Positions 12,706-26,423 of a stretch of DNA of 64,000 nucleotides are shown here, piece after piece; within the stretch, counting starts at the first letter, position 1, and every line of letters starts with the position of its first letter. The DNA lies in NCBI GenBank assembly GCA_951406725.2, contig OX597821.1, positions 76,756,001 through 76,820,000 of the forward strand, in the 5' to 3' direction. Both the position numbers and the translations under genes were made by a program. The stretch is from Octopus vulgaris (lineage: Eukaryota). The notes below the pieces were generated by a model. The model was not told the origin of the DNA, did no database searches, and was given only the letters and a program-made list of their open reading frames with translations.

Positions 12706-13460
12706 AGTTAATAAACTGGCATTTTGCGGGCAAATGCCTTTAAGAAAAAGTGGGAATAATACGAGATCAGTTTGGTTCGCAGCAGTAAGAAGACTGTCTG
12801 AACTGGTTGGTCTCCATGTTGTTGGTGTGTGGTGAACATGGGGTCGTAAATTGTGGAATATTCCTCAGAGTTCTTTCGCCAAGAATCTAACCTCAACTTC
12901 CAGGCTAAAGACCGCGTGCGTGTGACGAAAATTAGTTTTATAAGAGTGCTGGTATGAATAGGAAAATTAACTAATAGATTGTATTTAATTTTTGTTGGTT
13001 TGCAGGTCCTGTTATTTGATTTTGTGGCTCTCATAGCAATCGTGACGTCCTGGCTTTATCAGTATTTGTCCAAAAAGCTTTGAGGCCAATGAAGTGTACA
13101 TGCTTTGTATGTGCAAGTGCTCAACTGTGCTGCCAATAGAACATGCACCAAATCTGAACTTTCCATCTGGAAGACGACGTACGCCACAAACATATATCCG
13201 TATTGCGGATGAGACAGTTGGCCACTGTGCGTGAGATGTTAGCGTTGACAATACCTACGATAAGCATTTCCATAAGGTAGGTTCTGGCTGGGCCTGCTGT
13301 ATGTCCAATCCGTCCCTACAAATGTCATTAGCGGAGGGCAGGGGTTGTTCCTTTGCTAAAATGTTGGAGCTTCAATTGGTAGGCGTTTGACAGGCGGTTG
13401 ACGAGGCAATCGTCAACGACCAGTGATGGAGTGTTCTGTGAAGGGCAACAAGGTCTAAAA

Positions 13461-13700
13461 CAGTGGCTCTCAGCTATTTTTTTTTTTATCTATGGATCCC
13501 TCTGACTCTTATTTTACTCAAGTGGACCCCCATAGCCATCCGATGCTTTAAAAAATCCTATTTTGCTTTTAGAATTGAATATTATAAAGATTTGTAATAA
13601 AAAAATTTATATATTTTGCGTATTGTACACGTATGACCAATATATTCCAATTAAAATTTTACAAACAAAATCTTGTGTGGACCCCTATTGAGATCCACTG
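13461..13700. mobile_element. hAT-type MITE
   Basis: TIRs cagtggctctca / tgagatccactg. Flanks gtctaaaa / gtccaaat match at 6 of 8 positions (decayed 8-bp TSD). Related copy at 60529-60758. Confidence 0.7.
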
Positions 13701-13954
13701 GTCCAAATCAATAGCATTTAACAAAGAAATAGGGATAGCAATAAATACCGTATTTACTAGTGTTTAAATCACGCTATTTTAATTCTTGATTTTAACTGAA
13801 AAAACTGGGGTGCGACTTATACACGGGGCAAGCTAAAACTAAGAAGGGGATAGAAATCGTACCGAAGAAGCAAATTAGTTAGTTAGAAATTTTCTGTAAG
13901 GGATGAAAGCAGTTACTATACTGAGAAGTAATGTTTCTTTCTTTCTTTATATAT

Positions 13955-14420
13955 TTATTGCCCACAGGGGGCTAAACGAAGAGGGGACAACAAGGACAGA
14001 CAAAGGGATTAAGTCGATTATATCGATACCAGTGAGTAACTGGTACTTATTTAAGGCGGCGAGCTGGCAGAAACGTTAGCACGCCGGGCGAAATGCGTAG
14101 CCGTATTTCGTCTGCCGTTACGTTGTGAGTTCAAATACCGCCGAGGTCGACTTTGCCTTTCATCCTTTCGGGGTCGATAAATTAAGTACCAGATACGTAC
14201 TGGGGTCGATGTAATCGACTTCATCCGTCTGTCTGTCCTTGTTTGTCTACTCTGTGTTTATCCCCTTGTGGGGAGTAAAGAAATAGGTACTTATTTAATC
14301 GACCCCGAAAGGTTGAAAAACAAAGTCGACCTCGGCGGAATTCGAACTTAGAACGTAAAGACAGACGAAATGCTACTAAGCATTTCATCCTTCGTGCTAA
14401 CATTTCTGCCAGCTCACCGC
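13955..14420. mobile_element. Nested family B SINEs: plus copy (14055-14285) inserted into a minus copy
   Basis: 13-bp TSD ggtacttatttaa at 14042-14054 and 14286-14298. Confidence 0.85.
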
Positions 14421-16850
14421 CCTGAAGTAATGTTCATTGCCACTTCAACATGGCTGTTCCGTAAGTTAAAAATAATTGTAATGTCGGTTCTTACGGAAGA
14501 GTCATGTTTAAGTGGCGATAACCATTATTTAATCGTACCAAAATTTACCACAAAATTAGAAGTGTGATGTATATACAAATAAATTCAATAAATTAGACAC
14601 GGATTTAGTGAGTAAATAAGAAGTGATTAGAAGCTTTTTTCGTTTTATAGTGAAGTAGTGATTTCTTTAAAGAGTTCAAAACGTAGGCTGTAGCATGCTG
14701 CGGAATTGTGGTCTAACCACATGACTTTCCAGCGGTCTGGGATAAGTATGAAATTAACTACAATGTGTGGAATACTAAGTAAGCGTGTGACTTCTGACTG
14801 TGAATAATGGTTTCGAAGCTAGCAACCGTCACTTAAACGAAACGTAAACTTACTTGCCAAAGCTGTTGAATTTCCCAAGTAGAGAAGATATGAAGAATTA
14901 GCCGGGAAGAGTTTATTAATATTATGATATTAAAAGCAAAACATTAACTGACAAGCTGGTACTATCGTTAGAATGCCGGAGAAAACGCTTAGTGGCATTT
15001 CGTCCGTGTTTATGTTCTGAGTTCAAATTCCACCGAGGCCGACTTTGCCTTTAATCTTACGGGATCAATAGAATTAGTACCAGCAATCGACTAGCACCCT
15101 CCCGCAAACATTTCAGGCCTTGGGGCTAGAGTAGAATGGTTATGAAAAACACATCAAAGCGAGGGGAAAATAAAAGTAATTTTTAGTCAGCCAAATTACG
15201 AATTTAGAATTGAAAAGAGTTATTTCCCTTGTATTGTACATTTTCTATGGAATGAAGACGCCAGTATCCGACGTTACTTGCGGCCAGCTTCTAGAGTGTT
15301 AATGGTCGTGGATCGGGCTTCATGGACCTTGCACAATCCATAGACGTTAATTTCAGGACACCAAACTGAATGATTACAGGCTATATGAAGACAGGAAAAC
15401 AAAAAGCATTACCCGAAGTTCTGTAAAGGAAATGTGAAGAATTTAAGTCGAGATATATGCCTCGGATATGTTTCAAAGCAACAAGCAACAATTCGTCGGT
15501 CCCTTTAAGAATCATCATATTGCTTTAAACCCACTTCCACTGCACAGTTCTTTTTTTCTTTTCTTTTCTTTGTTTTTTTTTTTTTCTTTTTCGCAGCTCC
15601 TCCGACTTCGGTAATATTGATTTCAAATTTTGGCACACGACCAGCAAGTAAGTTCTGGAAAGGGTCTGAGTCGATTATATCGACCCCAGTGTTTCACTGA
15701 TGCTTAATTTATCAGCCCCAGAAAGGATGAAGGGCAAAGTCGACCTCAGCGGAATTTGAACTCAGAGCATAAAGACAGTTCTGGCTGGGCCTTTCCACAG
15801 AAATATTAGTATCAAATTTTGGCACAGTGCCTACAAGTTTGAGGTAGAGGATGAGTTGATCAAATCCCCCCTCACCCCCGCAGTACTCAACTGGTTCTTG
15901 TATCCTGGACCCCGAAAGGATGAAAGGCAAAGCCGACCTCAGCGGGATTTGCACACAGAGCGTAAAGACGGCCGAAATGCCGCAAACCATTTTGCTCACC
16001 GTGCAAACGGTTCTTCCAGCTTCATACCTTTATGCTTCATACCTTCTCAGTTAAGACAACAAAATTGCTGAATGTTCTGGAATAACTGAAGGTACGCCAT
16101 GACACCTTACGGAAACCGATATACTACTAAACCGGAAGCAACTGACACTTCGTTGTGAAAGGTTAGCGATGTCTTCTCTATCAATATTTGTTAACTCCCT
16201 TTGATTTAGTCCTTCAGCAAGCTCGGCATATTAATTACGGTCTCGTTTAATTAGACATATAAAAGAAATTAACATTACAACAGTATAAAAAATAACACAG
16301 ACAAGAATATACTTCAGATATTTAATATATACAATTTCGTTGATAGCTGTTTTGTTTATCATGTGTGTGTGTGTGTGTGTATTATCTATATGTATATATA
16401 CGTGTGTGTGAGTCTCTGTGTATGTGTGTGTGTTAAAATTCAAGGTCAATATTTACAAACATATAATAGGTATGTATTGTTGTTAATTAGATACTAAGAA
16501 ATACATTTTTGAGTCAAAATCTCGAATACAAAAACAGTTGATATATTCCTCCTTAAGTATTTGATATGTCAGATCAATGAATACAGTCGATTTACAGAAG
16601 TAATCCCATATTATTTGTCTCCGCTGTTTTTCTGTAGATTTTTTCACAGAAATAAAGAAAAAAAATCCACGCGCACATTGTTGTCTGAGAAAGAAAATTC
16701 TGAATAACAAAAATACTTTAAACGATTTAGGGATAAATTGGGCCCTAATGAAATACTGTCACATCCTTCTCTTAGAATATAACATATTCTATAGATGTTG
16801 TGTAGTATATACGTATATCTGTGTGTGTGTGTGATGGATAAATATTTTTA

Positions 16851-17048
16851 TTCGTGGGTTAACAAGGCTACCAATGGTTTCATGTAAAGGTGAATCTCTT
16901 GACAATTATCAACCCAGCTATATGGAAATTTGGTTCTCGTCTCCATTTGAGATGAGAATATGGAGACGAGTCCCAACGTTCCCATGTGGCTGGCTTGATA
17001 AATTGTTCAGAGATTCTTTCTTACATGAAACCATAGGTAGCCACGAAT
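16851..17048. mobile_element. Palindromic (fold-back) MITE-like element
   Basis: ggctaccaatggtttcatgtaa...ctcgtctccat is mirrored by atggagacgag...ttacatgaaaccataggtagcc, giving ~80-bp imperfect arms. Confidence 0.75.
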
Positions 17049-17106
17049 GAAGCTTTTATATATATATACACATATATATGTTATATATATGTATATAGCA
17101 TGGGGT

Positions 17107-17157
17107 TTTGTCAGTGAACAGGTCACGATCTCAAAGCGACGAAAATATTTTGGCAAA
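17107..17157 (+). ncRNA. Minimal hammerhead, G3-C8 core variant
   Basis: UUUGUCA-GUGAACA-G-GUCAC gaucucaaa GCGAC-GAAA-AUAU-UU-UGGCAAA. 7-bp stem I, stem II with one mismatch, palindromic AAUAUU. Confidence 0.6.
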
Positions 17158-17276
17158 TTAAATTTAAATGTTGAAGTGAATCTAACGGTGTTCGTGTGTT
17201 TTTAAATGGCTTATAAACAAACACCTTTCACATTGCAATTATATATATGTATATATATATATATATATATATAAAG

Positions 17277-17335
<59 letters not shown>

Positions 17336-18274
17336 CAGACCGATAGATAGATAGATATTTGCTTCGATGAAACTCCACAAAAGAGTAAAACTGATGTATT
17401 GATATGTATTTACAACAAACAGTGTTTATTTTCTTTGCAGCTGCAATCACTTCTATTTCACAGCATATATATATGTGTGTGTGTGTGTGTGTGGCTATTC
17501 AAGATTTTCCTATTATCGATAAAATGTAATTAACATCCGAAATTAAATTGTTTCAATTGGTCGAGAAGCTATTAATCTTACCCGCACAGTTTCGAATTCA
17601 GAAAAAAACAAAAACTGCTCTTTGCTTAAAAACAATGCAGAGGTAAGGTAGCAAGAGAATGAAAAAAGCTGATTGTTTTCTATAAATAAGATGCTTTTTT
17701 CTTTCTTTCTTTCTTCTGATGGATGTTTATAGCTTTTTTACAACCGACGTAGTTATCGTAAATCTGAGGAACTTGCCAAAATAATTGCCGAATTCTAATT
17801 AAAAGCTTTATATATAAATAGACACATTCTTGCACAGATATTACCTGGTTTTTGTTTTTTAGTTTAAATTGGTACGTTAAACGAGTATTATTACAAAATG
17901 TATAAATAAAGTCATTGCAATAGAATTAAATAAATAAATAGATAAAATATGAGCGAGGTGAAAAAAAAAGTAACGCCAAGTGAAGTGATTCGATGAGTGA
18001 ATAAATAAATGTTTTCTAGAGAGGTGGCGACATTCATTACGTTCTGAACGATTAAGTTGGACGAATAAAAGTTGGAAAGTTTTGAGAAATTTCCAACGAA
18101 CTTGAGTCTACGAAGAACCAGTTTGTTACAGCGTGGCTTCATGTTCAAGATTTCGTTCCTATTCGGCTGAGTTTTAAAAAGAAAGAGATCTTTTCTTCTT
18201 TCTCTTTCTAGCAAACACGCGATCGCGTGTTGCTGCTAGGGATTCGTTTTGGAGATACGCATTTATTCTTTTAT

Positions 18275-18575
18275 TCTGTTATTCTTTTGTTTGTTTCAGT
18301 CATTTGACTGTAGCCATGCTGGAGCACCGCCTTTAGTCGAGCAAATCGACCCCAGAACATATTCTTTGTGAGCCTAGTACTTATTCCATCGGTCTCTTTT
18401 GTTGAACCGCTAAGTTACGGGGACGTAAACACACCAATATCGGTTGTCAAGCGATGTTAGGTGGGGGGACAAACATAGACACACAAACACACACATTTAC
18501 GACGGGCTTCTTTCAGTTTCCGACACTGGCCCAAGGTGCCATGCAGTGGGATTGAACCCGAAACCACACAGCCAC
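18275..18575 (-). mobile_element. Family A SINE (internally deleted)
   Basis: Similar to the 36074-36545 copy. Confidence 0.75.
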
Positions 18576-19001
18576 AAACAAATATTTCTCCCTTATAAAT
18601 GAGAAATATGGTATCTGAGAGGAAGCTGGATATTAAATTGATGTCAATCGGGGATATTGCAGGAGTAATCTCCGAAGATATAAGAATTACTAAACTCTAA
18701 GAGGAACACTTTGTCTTCCAGACATTCAGAACATACATTCTTTTGTTCTTTGTAAATATCTTTCTTTTACTTTTTATCTTTCACTCGTTTCACTCATCAG
18801 ACAGCGGCCAAGCTGGGGCACCACCTTCAAGAATTGTTAGTCGAATGAATCGAAGCCAGTACTTATTCTATCTGATCTCCTTTTGCCGAATTGCTAAGTT
18901 ACAGGGACGTCAACAAACCAACACCACTTGTTAAGTGGTGGTGAGGTACAAACATAGAAGCAAAGACACGCACACACACACACGTGCATAGGTATATCGT
19001 G

Positions 19002-19356
19002 GCACTCCGTCGGTTACGACGACGAGGGTTCCAGTTGATCTGATCAACAGAACAGCCTGCTCGTGAAATTAACGTGTAAGTGGCTGAGCACTCCACAGAC
19101 ACGTGTACGTAGTTCTCAGGGAGATTCAGCGCGACACTAAGTGTGACAAGATCCTTTGAAACACAGATACAACAGAAACAGAAAGATAGAGTGAGAGAAA
19201 GTTGTGGTGAAAGAGTACAGCAGGGGTCGCCGGAGCCTCGTGAAGCTTTAGGTGCTTTCGCTCAATAAACACTCACAACACCCGGTCTGGGAATCGAAGC
19301 CACGATCCTGCAACCGCGAGTCCGCTGCCCTAACCACTGGGCCATTGCGCCCCCAC
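19002..19356 (-). mobile_element. tRNA-derived SINE family C (tRNA-Arg-like head, resembling octopus OR-type SINEs) nested in a family A SINE (18765-19540)
   Basis: Head ggcgcaatggcccagtggttagggcagcggactcgcgg...ttcgattccc. Near-identical to 35452-35829. Confidence 0.8.
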
Positions 19357-19777
19357 TATTAGTATATACGTTTAAATGTATATATGACTGCCTCTTTTAG
19401 TTTCCGTCTACCAAATCCACTCACAAGGCTTTGGTCAGCGACCCATGACTATAATAGAAGATACTTGCCCAAGGTGCCACACAGTGGCACTCAATCTGGA
19501 ACTAGAAAGCAAACTTCTTGCCACACAAACCATACCTATACACAGTAAGCATAAAGAATTCTTATACAAACATTTAGAAGTATAACAAGGAATATTTTCC
19601 AACAAGTGCCGATAGACTTTTCTTGTCAGCAGGAAGGTTTTTTCTTATTCTTCCATTACAGAAAACAATATAGGAATTCACTTCACATTAATAATTATGA
19701 ACCTGAGATATCACCCTCTTTAGTTCCATTTGTGTTTCTTTCCGGAAGGAACCAACAAATGTCATTTATATTTTGTC

Positions 19778-19787
19778 TTTATTTATT
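19778..19787 (-). promoter_or_regulatory. Candidate polyadenylation signal of vestigial (overlapping AATAAATAAA)
   Basis: Plus strand tttatttatt about 255 nt after the stop codon. The AT-rich context makes a chance match likely. Confidence 0.3.
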
Positions 19788-20039
19788 AGTTTTTGTTTTG
19801 TTTTGTTTTGTTCATAAGAAAATATGAAATTCATTGATGTCCTTGTGAAAAATTCTTTCAAGAATTACTTGGTTTCATTTTTCTCTGAATAAAGTTTCTT
19901 GGTTCGAAGAGATGCAATCAGAATTTTCATTTAATACTTTCGAGGAATTTTTTTTTTCTTTTTTCTTTGGTAAATTTGGATTATCATATATTTATATTTA
20001 TATATTTATGTCTATTATATTTTGTTTTGTCACTTTCTG

Positions 20040-20089
20040 TTAATACCAGTACATATCTTTGCCTGTATCTGAAACAGGATTTTCAACAC
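20040..20089 (-). CDS. vg: Terminal coding exon of vestigial (GVENPVSDTGKDMYWY*)
   Basis: Minus strand attcttttctaatttcag|GT GTT GAA AAT CCT GTT TCA GAT ACA GGC AAA GAT ATG TAC TGG TAT TAA. The phase-1 acceptor matches the upstream phase-1 donor. KDMYWY* resembles the KDLYWF* C-terminus of arthropod Vestigial. Confidence 0.85.
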
Positions 20090-20269
20090 CTGAAATTAGA
20101 AAAGAATATACGAATAAATTAATTTAAGGTTAATTCATATATATATATTTTGAAGAAAAAAACAAGCAAACAAAAAAAAACAAAAAAAAACATGAAAATG
20201 AACAGATAATTAATGAGAAAAAAAAATTACTAAATGATAATTCTATCCCATAGCCTAAGCCGTTGTACA

Positions 20270-20505
20270 GCGAACCCTGCTGTAATCTTTCACCACAATT
20301 TTCTCTCACTCTTTGTTTCTGTTGTATCTGAATTTCAAAGGGGCCAGACTTGTCACACTCTGTGTCACGCTGAATCTCCGCCGAGAACTACGTTACGGGT
20401 TCACGTGTCTGTGGAGTGCTCAGCCACTTGTACGTTTTTTTCACGAGCTAACTGTTCCGTTGATCGGATCAACTGGAACCCTTGTCATTGTAACCGACGG
20501 AATGC
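20270..20505 (+). mobile_element. 3' half of a family C SINE
   Basis: Matches the 3' part of the 35452-35829 element. Confidence 0.7.
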
Positions 20506-20519
20506 CGTTCATTCATTCA

Positions 20520-20522
<3 letters not shown>

Positions 20523-20570
<48 letters not shown>

Positions 20571-20580
20571 GCATACATAC

Positions 20581-20669
<89 letters not shown>

Positions 20670-21170
20670 CATGTATATATAGATATATATATATATATAT
20701 TTATATGTATGTATGCATGTATATACATACATATACATGTGTGTGTGTGTGCGTGTGTGTGTGTTTGTACCTGTGATTGTCCTTCATCACCGCCTGACAA
20801 CCGGTGTTGGTGTGTTTACGTCTCCGTAACAGCGGTTCGGCAAAAAGAGACCCATAGGATAAGTACCAAGCTTGATAAAAATAAATAAATAAATAAAATA
20901 AATAAAATAAATAAATAAATAAAATACTGGTGTCGAATCATTTGACTAAAAATTCTTCAGGACGGTGTCTCCAGCATGGCCGCAGTCAAATGACTCAAAA
21001 CAAGTATAAAAGACACTCTTATTTTCTCAAATTCTTGTTTGTTATTATGCTGGACATAACATAGGCGTGTCTGTGTGGTAAGAAGTTTGGTTCCCAACCA
21101 CATGGTTCCGCGTTCAGTCGCACTGAGTGGATTTGATAGACGGAAACTGAAAGAAGCCCATCCCATCCTA
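20523..21170 (+). repeat. (TA)n array followed by family A SINE fragments
   Basis: Visible repeat, SINE tail at 20740-21010 and SINE head at 21063-21170. Confidence 0.7.
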
Positions 21171-21375
21171 TATATATATATATATATATTTCCTCGCAAG
21201 ACAGTTGATGATATTCGACAATCAGCGTCGCAAAGAAAACGCCTTGCATTCAACTCGTTCTCCTCTTCATCAATTCTTTATTATTTCTCTTTTTTTCCCC
21301 CCTCTTCTCCTCGTCGTCTCTCATCTTCCTTTGACTTTTCTCTTCTCTTTTCCCCTCTCTCCCTCCCTCCCTCCC

Positions 21376-21410
<35 letters not shown>

Positions 21411-21792
21411 GCTCTCAGTTGTTCTCCTTCTTCCTCTCCTCCTCTCTCTTTCATGCACACGGCAGCATTTCAAGCAACGAGAAATTATCGCCGTTCATCA
21501 TTGCACATGTTTATTCAAAAGCGAATTCGAAAGACACACCCGAATGCATATTACATATATATATGCATGAACTAAAACAGAACAGGAGGAGACACGTGGA
21601 ATGGAGAGCCACTGAAGAGGCCACAAGAAGTGTAACGAAAGATTTTTCAGACAGAGAACATAAAATAAGAACAATAATAAAAGAAATCTGAAGTGAAGAA
21701 CGAATATATGGTGCATATGTTTTACCTGACAAGAAAGAAAACATGATCGTTCTGAAATATAGCAATACATACATATACATATGTGTGTGTGT

Positions 21793-21864
<72 letters not shown>

Positions 21865-21996
21865 CGTCAGTAAATCATAAACCCCAAAAAGAAGCACACT
21901 CTAAGTTATAGAGCAGTAGAGTATTAAGATGAAGACATATATGGCCGGTCTCTGTGGTTACTCTGGGTTTCATGTCCCTTAAGCGTTTCTTCAGAA

Positions 21997-22032
<36 letters not shown>

Positions 22033-22050
22033 ACACACACACACACGTAC

Positions 22051-22330
22051 TAACTAACTGTAGAACTAGAAATGTAGTCAAGAACATAAGGTGCATAGAG
22101 GGTGCTTGTAAAGACAGGAACATGACATACCTTGGTGAGACATCTAAAAGCATCGCAGAGAGATTAAATGACATTGAGACGATATGACGACAAAAAAAAC
22201 AGTCTTTTATACTCTACCAAGAAAACCCAGCATGTAGGCATATTGGGTCGACTTGACATCCACATTTTATCAAGCCACCCGAAGGACCAAACACTCAGAC
22301 AAATACAGGAGTACGTTCTCATTGCCCCGT
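22051..22330 (+). pseudogene. Penelope-like element GIY-YIG endonuclease remnant
   Basis: NCRTRNVVKNIRCIEGACKDRNMTYLGETSKSIAERLND...LDIHILSSHPKDQTLRQIQEYVLI shows the C..NVVY.I.C..C..YIGET...R pattern of PLE endonucleases, frameshifted. Confidence 0.75.
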
Positions 22331-22424
22331 TCTATATAGGAGACACATGTAGACGGTAGTGATACCTCAATACCTACAGTTTATACATACACAGGTAGAT
22401 TTGTTAGCAGGCTCTTATGTAGGC

Positions 22425-22487
<63 letters not shown>

Positions 22488-22629
22488 GGCAGGTAAATGG
22501 ATATGCAGGTAAATAGATGGATAGGTACCTAGGTAATTCGGACAGACAAGCAAACACATACACGCACATACACACACACAAATACACACACATACACACA
22601 CAAACACATGAATATGCAGAATACATACA

Positions 22630-23266
22630 TATAGACGTACACTCCCGCATACATAATACTTACATACATACATACACACATACATAATACATACATGCAT
22701 GCATAATACATACATATATACATACATACATACATACATACATACATAATACATACATACATACATAATACATACATACATAATACATACATACATACAT
22801 ACATACATACATAATACCTACATACATACATAATACATGCATACATACATACATACATAATACATACATGCATAATACATACATACATAATACATACATA
22901 CATACATACATACATAATATATACATGCATACATACATACATACATAATACCTACATACATACATAATACATACATACATACATCCATCCATACATACAT
23001 AATACCTACATACATACATAATACATACATACATACATACATACATACATACATACATACATACATACATGCATACATACATACATACATAATACGTACG
23101 TACATACATACATACATACATACATACACAAACGCATACATACATACATACATACATACATACATACATACATAATACATACATGCATACATAATACATG
23201 CATGCATACATACATACATACATACATACATACATACATACATACATACATACATACATACATACA

Positions 23267-23300
<34 letters not shown>

Positions 23301-23320
23301 CATACATACATACACATGCG
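22630..23320. repeat. Long compound (TACA)n microsatellite with TAA interruptions
   Basis: Directly visible. Confidence 0.9.
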
Positions 23321-23469
23321 CACAAACTATAAAAAAGAACGCAGCTTCGATAACGGACAGAGCCAATAACTATTGAAGAGTTTGCAAGAAAGAACGAAAA
23401 TTTTATTTTAAAAAACTACACGAATAGATGAGTGAAAATTGAACCGACGTGTGTGTTAATTAAAAAGGC

Positions 23470-23860
23470 ATTTACTCTTTTACTTGTTTCAGTCATTTAA
23501 CTGCGGCCATGCTGGAGCACCGCCTTTTAGTCGAGAAAATCGACCCCGGGACTTATTCTTTGTAAGCCCAGTACTTATTCTATCGGTTTCTTTTGCCGAA
23601 CCGCTAAGTGACGGGGACGTAAACACACAAGCATCGGTTGTCAAGCAATGCTAGGGGGACAAACACAGACACACAAACACACACACATATATATATATAT
23701 ACATATATACGACAGGCTTCTTTCAGTTTCCGTCTACCAAATCCACTCGCAAGGCTTTGGTCGGCCCGGGGCTATAGCAGAAGACACTTGCCCAAGATGC
23801 CACGCAGTGGGACTGAACCCGAAACCATGTGGTTGGTTAGCAAGCTACTTACCACACAGC
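23470..23860 (-). mobile_element. Family A SINE, near full length
   Basis: Reverse complement of the 36074-36545 consensus. Confidence 0.85.
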
Positions 23861-24424
23861 CGATCAACGGGTCGATTCCTTGAACAAGGATCCTATCGAC
23901 CACGGCTGGCCAAGGGTTAAGCAACTATGATATTGGAGAATTCTTGAACCTGGAGGTTATCTCCCTTCATCTGGTGGGGCTGCTCTTAATTCCCATCCGG
24001 TAAATACGATACATCCTCTAGAAGTGGAGATAGATTTAATGGATTAAGAATTTATGCTGTGTGGTATTTGATAGACCTGAAGTATTTCTCTTAGCATATC
24101 GTAGTTTAGTTTATGCAAATTAATTACATCGTAAACGTGTTCTCTTTTTTTTTTCTTCATATGTCTACGTCCATTGTCTTCTGGGGAAAGATTAAGACAA
24201 CAGTCGAGCTGATGACGTCAGTTGAGGTAGAAGCATGCGTTCGCGACTGCTATTTCCAGATAATAAACAAGTCCTTTTCCTTAGTGGTATATCAACATCA
24301 TTGAATCCTTGAATCTTGAGATTATCTCCTCTTCGCAAATGAAGTTAGTCTTAATTCCGATTTGTAATTACGACGCATCCTCTGGAGACAGAGATGATTT
24401 TAATGAATTAAAAATACAGGGAGG

Positions 24425-24820
24425 AGCAGGCGAGGCTGTGTCGTAAGAAGTTTGCTTCTCAATTACATGGTTCCGGGTTCAGTCTTTCCGCATGGCACCT
24501 TAGAAAAGTGTTTTCCTACTATAGCCTCGGGGTGACTAAAGCCTTGTGAATGAATTTGGTTAACTAAAACTGAAAGTGGCCCATCGTATATATATTTGCG
24601 TGTGTATATGTGTGAGACCAGTGTTTGTCAACCGGTGTTGGTATGTTTATGACCCGGAGCATAACGGTTTGGCAAAAGTGACGAGAAGAATAAGCACCAG
24701 GGTTACTTAATAAAAAAAAAAAAAAGATCGGGGGTCGATTCATTCGACAGAAAATTTCTTCATGGCGGTACTGCAGCATGGCCGCAGCCTAATAACTGGA
24801 ACAAGTAAACGATAAAAGAT
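24425..24820 (+). mobile_element. Family A SINE, diverged
   Basis: Head, CORE-like block and tail recognisable. Confidence 0.75.
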
Positions 24821-25159
24821 CGAACGTACGTTATATGATTATATTATATTTGATTGTGTCTGACCTAATCTGAACCTGGATGTGTTTGTCATGATGGTCC
24901 ACGCACCAGTAAATACGCGTTAAAAAAAGAGAAGAGAGAAGTGGTTGGGGTTGCAGTTGAGCGAAGGAGACCGCCCAGCATTTTAGTGTTCTTGCATCGA
25001 TGGATAGGTTTACTTAGTAATAATTATACGAACAACAACAACCACATCAACGAGCACAGCGACGGCGTAAAGAGCAACGACCTACAGCAGCTGTTGTACT
25101 CGTTGTTGGAGGGCGAAAAGCTTATGTAGTATATAGCGTTAAAATTGCTACACTGGCCC

Positions 25160-25378
25160 CATTCGTGTGTGTGTAAGGGTGTGTTTGTATGTATATGTAT
25201 GTAATTATGTATGTATATATATGTGTGTGTGTATTTATGTGTGTGTATATATATGTGTGTGTGTGTCTGTTTTATATGTATGCAATTATGTATATATAAA
25301 TTTATGTGTGTGTGTGTATACATATGTTTTTAACTCATTATGTGTGTGTGTGTTTATATGTATATGTATGCAATTATG

Positions 25379-25409
<31 letters not shown>

Positions 25410-25549
25410 ATTTTTAACTCATTATGTGTGTGTGTGTCTGTTTTATATGCATGCAATTATGTATATATATATATGTGTGTGTGTGTATACATATGTTTTT
25501 AACTCATTATGTGTGCGTGTTTATATGTATATGTATGCAATTATGTATG

Positions 25550-25596
<47 letters not shown>

Positions 25597-25600
25597 ATTT
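25160..25600. repeat. Minisatellite of ~60-75-bp units built from microsatellites
   Basis: Recurring tttatatgtat..gcaattatgta..(tg)n..tttttaactcattat blocks. Confidence 0.75.
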
Positions 25601-26374
25601 TGTTGTGTCTAGAGAGAGTCATGATGCCAATATGATTAACACACGCAGTGGTTCAATTTCACTCCCTTATTATTAGTCAATTTGGTTAATTACCCAATTA
25701 ACTAATCGATTTGTTTTGTTTTTGTTTTTGTTTGACAAAGCTCTTTCGTTGCTACTTTTATTTCTTTTATGCGTTTCGACCATGCAGCTACGGTCATACT
25801 GGAGCACCTCCGTGTGTGTGTGTGTGTGTGTGTGTGTACAGTATACACATGTGTATGTATGTAGACGTACATATATACACACATATATATATAATATGTG
25901 TATTTAACCACAGGTGGTGGACCTCCCTGATTCTGAGGGCCAGTTTCAATGGTTGGAATGGATTTAAGGGAGAAGGAAACGAAAAGGCAAGGGGGGAGGG
26001 GGAAGAAATTAAAAAAAACTCTAAAGCAAAATAGAATTATTCAGAGTAAGAATAAAAAAGACAAAACAAAGACACAGTTAAATAAATAGTTAGTTTCTGC
26101 CCCTTTGACCCTCATTAGTCGCTTTGTAAGTTTTGTCTGTAAATCAAGTGGATGTGTTTGTGATGTGTTATTGTGTAGAAGAGGAGCGAAGGAGCAGCAA
26201 GGTGGAGGCGAGGTGTAGATGAGGTGTGTTGGTGTGTTGGTGTGTTGGTGTGGTGGGACAAGCTAAGTGTTGACAGTTGCCGGCGGATTTATGGGTGATT
26301 GCTCAGAACATTTATTTATTTTCTCTTTTTATCACTCCTGACTCTTGACGAGACACATTGACCGTGACAGAAGA

Positions 26375-26423
<49 letters not shown>

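Noticed and set aside
21955-21997. Minus-strand CUGAAGA...GAAA next to the Penelope remnant
   Set aside because: No convincing stems I-III.
23935-24415. Two diverged ~110-bp direct repeats (23940-24050, 24303-24413)
   Set aside because: Old local duplication with no coding or structural signal.
25160-25600. Repeat-spacer-like periodicity
   Set aside because: The spacers are microsatellite tracts in a eukaryotic context with no cas genes, so this is not CRISPR.
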